Shown here one piece after another: positions 40,341-49,857 of a stretch of 64,000 bases of DNA. This stretch comes from Vicugna vicugna (Eukaryota): positions 10,397,009-10,461,008 of the forward strand of contig MU058781.1 in NCBI GenBank assembly GCA_013265495.1. Direction: 5' to 3'. Made by a program: the position numbers and the translations under genes. How positions within the stretch are numbered: position 1 is the stretch's first letter; each line of letters opens with the position of its first letter. The notes below the pieces were generated by a model. That model was not told the DNA's origin, searched no databases, and was given only the letters and a program-made list of their open reading frames with translations.

Positions 40341-40916
40341 ATGGGAAGAAATTAGAGAACAGATAATCCCACACATTTGGTATCTAGTATCAGATTATAT
40401 CTGAGAATTATAAGCAAGCTGAGATATTTTCAAGTCAAGCAAAAACAGGTATTAGGTAGAGTCTAAGAAATAGCTAAATTCACAGAGATTCAGACTACAT
40501 CTTCTTTTGAATATGTGTGCATTACAAGGCTGATGGAAAAAGTTCATTTGGGAGTGAATAAACTTTGTTGACCATCAGCCACCCACTTCTCAGTGTTCTC
40601 TCTTTATTCTCAATTTAAAGTAATATTCCTCCAGTTAACCTATACTGGTGATTCTCAATGAAGTTGAGAGAAGTGTAACAGAAAGTCAGTTTAAATTATG
40701 TAGTTTGGACAACATGCATAGAGTTGAGATTTATTGTCCAAGTTGTCTCCTTGCATTAGTCAAATCTGAGAGAGACTTGGGTATCCCAAGAACTACTATT
40801 TTGCTGAAATGACATAAGTAGATATAGAGGTGCAATTTCAGAAACATGATTATGAACTTGTGTTATTTACTATGAAATGTTGTTGAGGATAGGCTAGTTT
40901 TTTGTTTTTGGTAGTT

Positions 40917-41262
40917 GTATTAGTCAGGATAGGCCAGCTCTGAAGCAGTAAGAAACATACAAGTTTATTTATCACTCACACGATCTTTATCATGGGGTTA
41001 GTAGCTCCATAGGGAAGCTATTTTCAATAACTGGAGGATCTGGGCTGTTTCTTTTCTGTGATCTTTTTCTCTAGGACAGTGAAAGAGAAAGGAGAATTTC
41101 AATGTGGTTCTTAAATTGTCCCACCCATTAGAAAAGCACATCAGTTTCAATTATGGCCCTTTGGCTAGATAATGTATTCATATCATCCCAAAATTTAGGT
41201 GGTTAAAAAACATGGAGGGAGCACATTGATACTCCACAACCAGTAAGTGTCTCTGGCACCTT
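40917..41262 (-). mobile_element. Old MaLR LTR (MLT1J/K-like)
   Basis: Starts tgtattagtcaggatagg...gcagtaagaaac...aagtttatttatcactcac; contains cacatcagtttc...ttggctag. Confidence 0.65.
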
Positions 41263-42389
41263 AGTCCTCACTGATTCACAGTAATACTTGCAGAATTCTG
41301 TCACAAAAATATTTACAAATTTTAGGATTTACAGAAATCTCAGGGGTGTATCTCTTAAATAGCAAGGGTCTATTACAAAGAGGAAGAGACGAGAAGTAGC
41401 TCCAATGTTTACCATGAATAGGTGCGCTGGTGAGAAAGAAGGGTTTTTCTCACAAACCCATTTTGCTATCTTCTATTTTGACAATCTTAGAATGACAGAC
41501 TTTTCTTTATTCCCCACATCCAAAATAATGGAACTCTGGCAGATATCGCCATTATAACAAAAGGTTTAATTTAGATCTGTAAAATACAGCTATAGCATTG
41601 CATTAGATGTAGCAATTAAAACACATCTGGGTGATGGAATGAAACATTCACAAGAATCTTAACGACAGCTGAGGTCATGCGTGAAGCTTAATTGTTCATG
41701 TGTGGTGTAATCTTATAACAGTACTATGGGAAAAAAAAAAACCCTAAATGTGGCTGTTGTTAACAGGAGACACTTAGGAGACTTTTAAACATTTTACCAA
41801 AACAAAAGTCATAAAGAAAACACCCCACTTCTGAGCAAGCTGTGTTGAGTCTTTTTTGCTAATGTTTGCTTGTTCTCCCTGGAAGGTCATTCTTTCAAAT
41901 AGTGTAGTGATAACTGCAGTCACTATGGAACATGTATGATGAATTTAGGTCAGGTTAATTTCAGGAGAAGCACTCCCTCAGAGAAGGAGTTAATGGGTGG
42001 AGACTAGAGTTGACTACAGAATACAGTCAAGCGCCTGGCTGTGTATAAAATTAAGCAGGGTTTCTTTTATGACGTGCTCATACTTTGAGTTGATTTTTGT
42101 CATTGGGTTTCACAGGAGCCCTGTGTTCCAACATTTCTTTTACTCCTCATAATGCAGAAGAGCTCTGTGTGCCCATAACAGGCATTGTCTTTATTCATAG
42201 CAAATTGCCATTAAGATTAAGATGCAATTAATTTCCTCTCTGGCTCTCTCCGTACTACGCTGTAAATTCACCCAAACAAAGCAGTTGCAAATGTTAAAAC
42301 TGGAAAGAACTTTAAACTCCCCTTCCCTAGCCCTGTTTCTTAACTGATGAGAAAATGGAGTCCCAGAGAAAGGGTAGGGCTTGCAACAT

Positions 42390-42745
42390 AGCATGCCACT
42401 TAACCAACCCTCATTAACCCGAATTGTAAACTGAAGAAGTCCTTTCTCACCCGCTTCTCAGAATCACTATAAGAATAAAATTAGATAATGTATACAACAG
42501 TGTTGAGAACAGTAAAAATAACAGTAATAGTAATGATCATAAAGATAAAATTTATTGAACACCTGGTATGAACCAGGCACTGTGATTACACATATGCTCC
42601 CACAAATCATCACAATCTTATCACAGAGGTGCATTTATTACTCCAACTTAAAAATGAAGAAACTGAGGCTTGGAGATTTGCCCTCGGTCATAAGCTAGCT
42701 AGTAGAGAAGCTAGAAGTTAACTTAGGGCGTCAAACATTAAACAT
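42390..42745. mobile_element. Two degenerate MIR fragments tail-to-tail (+ then -)
   Basis: Plus: agaataaaattagataatgtatacaacagtg. Minus: tttattgaacacctggtatgaaccaggcactgtg...atgaagaaactgaggcttggag. Confidence 0.7.
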
Positions 42746-43577
42746 AAGCTCATAGGTTTTACTTATCACCTGAGGATTCACACTGGAGTCCATACTGGAC
42801 CACCATTTTCTTATTCACAGGGTTTTCCCACTGTTACAAATTAGTTCCACTTGGAAACAGACAATGGAAACTGCCAATCCCTTTCTGGGCTTAATTTGAT
42901 GTATTATTTACATTTAACACTGGTGTTTTCACTAAGAATGAAAAAAGGCAACTTTCCGACACTAATGTTTTCTGCCCAATGCCATGGTTTCCTATCTGCT
43001 GTATATTTTGCCAGTTGAGCCTCTAAGTGTCCAGAGCTCCAAATAAACCTCTCCTCATTCTGTTCAGTTTCCTTGCTGCAATAAGCATGACACTGTAAAC
43101 TACCTGTCGGGGATTTAGAGAAGAACTCAAGGATCATGGCGATGGCATCTGTGTGTGCCCTGGATGTGCAGGTGCCTGACGATGTTAAAATGCTGCCACC
43201 TTCTGTTTAGCCCAAGGCTTGCTGATGCAACGCTTTCCCACAGCTCCCCCACGTCCTCTAAGCTGATTTATACTGATCCCGAATTGCACTTCTGCAATAT
43301 ATAACATGACAAGTTAAACGCCAAGCCTGCCAAAAAATCTTGATAGGCTCAGCTTTTGTGCTGCAGCACTTGAAAAGACCATTACGCCTGCCATCCCGCT
43401 AAAGTGTGCTCAGTATTTTTGACAGTGAATTATCTAAGCAGCAGTTTATCTCAGCATTCATGGGGTGGGAGCAGGGGGTTCACCATTTAAACAGTCAAAA
43501 GAGGGGCGATAAAGAGGGTGGGGTACAGATATTTCCCATCCATCCAGTGGTAGTGGGTTACTCCAGGGTTTTCTAGA

Positions 43578-43904
43578 TGTTACAAGGGCTCCAGGTTCAT
43601 AGTCAGGTGCATTTTCTGCTCAGACGCTCACAAGAAATGAAACATCACATGGGCAGAAGTGTAGATTTTTAAGCGAGGGAACAGCACCAATTGAAAGGTG
43701 GTATGAGAGATACTGAGTGCCTGCCCCCAGCAAGCTGCGAGTCCACCAGCTGGCTTCTCAAGGACAATCATTCCTTGCTTCATCAGCATTAAGACATTTT
43801 TTACTCCAGGACAAGAACCCTATAGCGGTCACGGACTTCGTATAATGAGTCGTCAGTTGAGTTCTGCCAGCCTGAAATCCCACCCCTGACTCCTCCCCAC
43901 ATCA
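43578..43904 (-). mobile_element. Probable ERV solo LTR remnant
   Basis: TG...CA termini (tgttaca...cacatca); the reverse strand ends gagcccttgtaaca like an LTR U5; no perfect TSD. Confidence 0.5.
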
Positions 43905-45289
43905 TGAGGGCGGGGCTTCATTTTTTCTCAGTAACACAGCCCAGTAAATTAGCTTTGCCCAGAATCATCTTAATAACTAGCACATGACTACCTCCATCCA
44001 CGTGTATACACTTACATCTGGGTGAGTTGGGTCTCTGTATCATTAAAATACCAGAATTGTTTAGTAAAGCTGGAAAGTCAGGAATGGAAAATAGTTCAAG
44101 ACGCCAGGACTGTCTAGTTAAGTGCTTACTAACCATATTTTTATTGACTAAGAACCCTATGCCTTACACATCAATGATTACTCTCTTATCTTCTCTTCAG
44201 TCTCAAATTATCTATCTATCTAGTTTTATGTCATGTTACAGGATATAACAAAACAAATACATATTTTCTTCCTGAAGCCTTATAGGAAAACAAAAATCAC
44301 CTACTCTCCCAATTTTTCCTTCTAAAATAAATATTTTTAAAGTCCTTACTTCTTTTACCATACTTATGCATCATTTTCCTAGAAATTCTTCTCTGTATGT
44401 TGAGGCTTACATATACTAGGATGCTTAACATTAGTTGGAGACAACCTTGGTGATCTCGGACCTTGCAAATCCCTAAGCTTATTAATAACTTAATTGCGAA
44501 TATTTTCCCATATAAATGCAGTAAAACAAGGTTTTCATATTTTTAGGGGAGACGTCTGTGTTCAAGAAAAATGCACCTAAGTGCAAGGGTGCTATGTAAT
44601 CCCATGGTGGACATGCATACAGAGAGGAATCTCCCTCCAGCCTTGGTTGAAATGTCAGCAGAGAACTTCCTTGAGGGTAGAGTCCTTGTACTCTCCAAGG
44701 GTTAATGCCCCTCCCCAGAGTCAGGCACCTATACTGGAACACCAAGTAGGAAATCTCAGCTGGATCTAGGGTCACAACAATTCAAGAGAATATAATTTCC
44801 CAACCCACTTTTAGACCCAGACTCTCAGGCCTTTTAGTAAAATTCATCTTCAATTTCTTCAAGTTGAGTGACTACAAGCCCTACTTCCCGGTGGTGCTCT
44901 GACTTTACTCAAACGCTGTTTAACAACAATCGGTCTTGATAATTGAGCTTTGATCACTTCCACTCAATTTTACTGACTAGCCCAGAAAGAAAACCATACC
45001 GCAACTGTGCCCAGAATCATACAGCCTGCCACTCCAGTACCTTCTCAGCAACCTTGCACAGAATCTAAATTATATGACTGAAAGGGAGCTAGGAAGACAC
45101 GTAGCTCATCAGACTGCAAGGCAGGAAGGCGGGCACTCTCAGAAAACTAGATCAAGAGAAACAGGTGTTTCAAAGCTAGACCTGGGCAGGGGAGACGACC
45201 CAGTGCCGACATTACGATGAAGAAGCTGAAGTACAGAGAATGATTCAGCCACGATGACACAGGTAGTTTAGTTACAAACATACCTAGAG

Positions 45290-45435
45290 CGAAGTTAAGA
45301 GAGAGCCAAAGTAAAGTGAAAGCGCGTTTATTTAGAGACACGTTTCACAGGCAGAACCGAGCCCCTCAGACGCCAGGGCTGCCCTGGGACGCGGATGGGG
45401 TTAGTTTTTAGGGGCGGGGTAATTTCAAACGCTGG
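45290..45435 (-). mobile_element. Partial ERV1 LTR, homologous to 46037-46157
   Basis: Alignable by eye: gagccaaagtaaagtgaaagcgcgtttatttagagacac versus gagccaaataaagtgaaagcgagtttagagagacac. Confidence 0.75.
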
Positions 45436-45519
45436 CACTCCACGACTTTTTCACCATAACATTAATTCTCAGACATTAGAAAATTCAGAGAGCTTATTGG
45501 CTATGAATATTTTATAGAG

Positions 45520-45845
45520 TAATAATCAAAGAACTCACCAACTGAGGACTTCAAAACTGAGAGCAGACAGACGCTCCCCTCAGGCAGGTAACACTGAGGC
45601 TTATGAGGCCCCGCGAGGCACTTCAAGGAGCTTGATTCTCATTGGTCAGCGCCAGCGGGTTACTTAGGCCGCTGCTGATTGGCTACAACAGGGGAGCTCA
45701 GCTGAGAAAGAACGAGACTCAAGCTTCTGCAGGTTAAGTGGGCGTCGTTGGTAAACAGATCGTTAGAAGTTTTGCTAAGCTGGATGTGGGCTGTTTCTTC
45801 AGAGGCAAAAAATGGGTCCCAGCCACCATTCTGATTTTTATTTCA
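45520..45845 (-). promoter_or_regulatory. LTR-like promoter segment with two CCAAT (NF-Y) boxes and a downstream splice donor
   Basis: Minus-strand AGCCAATCAG (ATTGG 45678-45682) and GACCAATGAG (ATTGG 45641-45645); minus-strand donor TTG/GTGAGT at 45539/45538; CpG-retaining. Confidence 0.5.
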
Positions 45846-45933
45846 CGTTTGTGTTCACTAAGATCATCTAGGGAATATGGTGACTAGGTAGGCAGAAGCT
45901 CACAGTAAGAGCATCTGAGGCATTAGGTCCCAT

Positions 45934-46441
45934 AGTTGCAGGAGACACGGGACCGAGAGAATGGTCACATCCCAGTTCTTGGGCCAGTCCACCGCCAAGG
46001 AGGGTCCTTGGCTTCATGCAGGGAAGAATTCAAAAGGAGCCAAATAAAGTGAAAGCGAGTTTAGAGAGACACATTCCCTAGGCAGGGCGTCTCAGAAGGC
46101 GAGGTTGGCCCTGGGGTGTGGAGGGTGGTTAGCTTTTACTGGCTGATTTCACATGCTAACAGGTGGGAGGAATTCTGTAACTACTTTGGGGAAGGGGTGG
46201 GGTTTTGGGGAATTAGGCCACCGCCCACTTTTTGGCCTTTTCTGGTCAGCCTGGGAAACTCCCACCTCCTGAGTGTTACTGAGCATGCTAATCTAGTACA
46301 GTGAGTGTGTAATGAGCCTCAAGATCTACTGGAAGTCGAAGCTTCTGCCATCTTGGGTCTAATCCGCCAGTTTTTGTTGTGTGCTCACTGGCCCTGTCTT
46401 TCTTTTAATGGTTGTGCCCTGCCCACTTCCCTCCTGTCTCA
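45934..46441 (-). mobile_element. Solo ERV1-class LTR with 4-bp TSD (CCAT)
   Basis: CCAT at 45930-45933 and 46442-46445; termini agttgcagg (TG mutated to AG) and cctgtctca; MER4-group-like motifs (gccatcttgg, ttaggccaccgcccacttttt). Confidence 0.85.
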
Positions 46442-47049
46442 CCATGAAGTCAAACAATCTGTATTTTTAATGGGTTTTCTTTTTAAGAAAAGCTGCATTA
46501 GTTCATGCAGTAATGTCTCATTTATTATTAGAGAAAAACTGGTGGAATCAAAATCAAGAAATTATTCAGGTATCTACCCAAGGGATCACCAAAGTCAAAC
46601 CAACAGCTACCCTGCTTCTGAGTTCTTAGAGTATTTGGGCTAATTTCTAGGTAAGAGAAAATTGAGAGGCCCAGAAAAGTGTTTAAATGTCAACTCTGCT
46701 CAATTCTGACCCCTGTATTCTCCCAAAGGCCCTTCCCAGTAAGAAGAGATAGGGCCAAAGCCTTCCCTTCTTGCATTAGTCTCTCAAACCTTAAAAGCTT
46801 CAAGAAAAATGATAACTATTTCCTTTCTACACAGGACTCTCATTTATAAACTGATTCAAGCAGTTTTGTGAATATCCTTAACAGGAACAAATTCGGGGTT
46901 TCTCTTATCTGGATCCGAAAAGAGTGCAGCTGTGGAGAGTCAGATAAACTGGATTAAATTACAGGAATGGGCTAGATGGAGTCAAGATTTGAGATTTTGT
47001 GATTCCAGAGGCCCCCGTGACTTTTCTGCTGCCTTAGTACCTCTCCCAG

Positions 47050-48630
47050 AAAGTACCACGGAAGGATGAACCAATTCATGAAAACCATTATGATCTTCAG
47101 TCATTAGCGGGCCTTATCCCACTAGAATGAACTCTGAAACATCAGGCAATTAGCAGCAGAATAGCAGCTACCCACTTCTCTATCTCTTTCTCCCAGCGCC
47201 AGCGAGCTGCTGGCCCCAGACACGAAGAATAAAAGTAAAATTGATGCATTTCTCTTTCTTTCTGCTGCAGACTGGGAGCTCTGGCCAGCCTCTCCATTAA
47301 AAGTGGGAGAAAAGGTAGACTCACCCTATTTGATGAGGACTGTCACCATCACACAGTAGTTGCAATTAGTCCGTGCCAGGCTTATTCAGGCCTTGGATTC
47401 TTTTCAGAAGTGAAAAAGGGAACACTCAAGGTCTATTGAATTGGAGCGTGGCATCTGCCGCACACCGAGGGGAGAGGTCGGGGGTCAGTGCTTGATTTTG
47501 ATAAAGCGTGCCAGATTAATTGTCTTCGGTAATCCTGTTTGTCATGGTAGATATGCAGAGGAGTCTTTGTGGCCCAGGCCGACATATGGGCCAGCCTGCT
47601 GCTTGCCTATTCAGCCCCCCGGCACATGCTCTCCACAGTTGGATGGGTTCCCAGGGCCTTGTTTGCCAGGGGAGTGGGGCCTCTCCTGCTCCTATTCAGC
47701 CAGCCCCCGTCTCCACAAACAGGCTTCCTAATCTTCAAGCCTGCCTGGGTTGTTGAAAGAGTCTGCATTATTCAAAGAGGCCCAAAGAGAGAAAGGGAGA
47801 GAGAAGGGCCCTTCCCCCTCTGGAGGAGAGAAAGAAGAGGAGGAGGGAGGAGGGAGAAATTCTAGCACCAGAGATGGGAGTAAAGACTCTACAGCCTGAG
47901 GAGGGGGGTGGGGGAGGCAGAGAAATATAATTACAAAAAATAGCAGCCATGGACTCCAGGCAGAGCCCTTCAGGAGGCTGATTATAGCTCCTCTCCAAAT
48001 CTGAATCTATCACCAAATTATACCCTGCCTCTTTTGTAAAATAAATGTTAATAAGAGGTAATTTGGGCCCTGCTGATGGTTAAGCTCAATGGAAATAGAA
48101 TTTTTTTTTCTGCCTCTGTGTATGTGTGTGTGTGTGTGTTTATTGTAATATCTGGAGGGCTTTTTTCTCTTCCAACCAAAATGTATAGTCAACCACAAAA
48201 GATGAAACAAACATTCAATGGCCTGACACAAGTACCAGAAAATCAAGAAGAGTTTGCATTTTATGATAAAGGGGGAAGGTGCAGGTTGGCCATTAGCCCC
48301 TAATCCACTGAAAGGTGCAGTTGGTGTGCTCTGGAGAGAATGTTCCCCCAGATTTGAGAAGAGGGAGGAGCCGGGCTGCTTTGCCTGCCTGGTGGGGAGA
48401 GGAGGGTCCTTGCTCTAAATAGCTTTGCCTTTCTTTGGTTTAAAAGCAGGATTTTTTTTTTTCATTTACATAATCACTATTTTGAGTTGCTGACAATTCT
48501 TTTGGGGGCTTTTACATGTAAAAGCACAAAAAAATAGAGACAGTTCTGTGACAGATCTTTTGAAAATGTTCCTGTGATGTGTATTTATGAACGAATCCAG
48601 AAATGGAACAATTAGAAACAGTGAGTAATA
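47050..48630. promoter_or_regulatory. Repeat-free candidate enhancer/promoter block
   Basis: About 1.6 kb with no recognisable transposon, raised GC and CpG, repeated TATTCA motifs, TATA/MEF2-like A/T boxes, a polypurine tract and a (TG)n microsatellite. Confidence 0.5.
48119..48139. repeat. (TG)n microsatellite
   Basis: tgtatgtgtgtgtgtgtgtgt. Confidence 0.85.
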
Positions 48631-49494
48631 ATCTTCTGATCAGACAAAAATGTGGAGATATTAAAATGTAAACCCTTGATCATAATCACCCTGAAGCAGC
48701 CCTTCCTGTATCTTTACTGCTCTGTGCTTCACATCGACGGTGCAGAGATGAGGGGTAGCTCAGAGAGCAGGGTCTCTGACCAGACATTGCTTGGTCTCCA
48801 CTTAATGATTTCTTAAGTGCTCTGAATACTATTTTTTGGAGGGGGAGTGATAATTTGATATTGTTACGATTATTGATTTCAAGGGGAACATAACAGATTT
48901 TCAAAATTTAAGAAATCCAACTAAGAAAAAATTGTTGAACTCTTCCTTTGTTGTAGATATTCAAAGCAAAAGATTTTGTCCCCCCTCCAGAAATAGTTGA
49001 CTGAAGTACTGATTGCTTTTTGGGGATATGTATTTCAGCATTTATTTGTTTTACTTCCTGTCATAAAGCAGGCATTGGACTCTGGAACACAGGGCTGGGT
49101 GTGTAGTGGAAACAGAAACAAAATTTTCTGTTTTCATAGAGCTTTTGGCACAGGAGGGGTTTGGGTTGTTGGGCCAGTGCATAGGACACTGCCAGATACA
49201 TCCTATGAACTCATTAAATTTTATTTACTAAAAAAATTCAAAATAATGAATAAATAAATAGCAAAATTTTTGACATTTCCGAGGTAATGCTTGCTTTAAC
49301 TTATACGTTATGTTATAAAGAAAGAGAAAGAGAGGGAGAGGAAAAGGAGGAGGAAAGAGAGAAATAAACCACATTTTTGGAGCACATGGTCTATGCTGGG
49401 TACGTAACAAGTTCTTTATAAGCATTGTCCCATGTAATCTTCAATAGAACCCATGAGTGGGAAGGGCTGCTAGTCTGCTAGCGTACACAGGTGT

Positions 49495-49857
49495 CCCTCT
49501 ACTCATTCTGTAATTGAAATCACCTGATAACCCCATAAAGCGAGTTCTAACGGATGCCCAACCATCATCAAGGAGAACCTCTGGGGTGAAGCCCAGGCAT
49601 CAGTATTTTTTAAAAAAAAATTACTTCCCCACTGACTCTAATGAGAATCCAGAAATGAGAGCCACTGATTTTTAAGTCATATTTTTCGAACTCTGATGTG
49701 CATGCGAGTCTCCTGGGGGTCTTACTAAAATGAGGCTTCCCAGTAGGTAGGTTTGTAGTGAGGCCGGAAATCCTGTAGCTCTAACACTCTAATAAGCCCC
49801 TGGTGATGCTAGGCGCAGTGCTGGTCTCTGAACCTTCTTTTGAGTGAGCAAGGCTTT
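49495..49857. mobile_element. Two adjacent MER5-type DNA transposon copies
   Basis: Copy 1: aaatcacctg...ggggtgaagcccaggcatcagtattttttaaa...tgagagccactg. Copy 2: gatgtgcatgcgagtctcctgggggtcttactaaaatg...cctggtgatgct...tttgagtgagcaagg. Confidence 0.8.
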
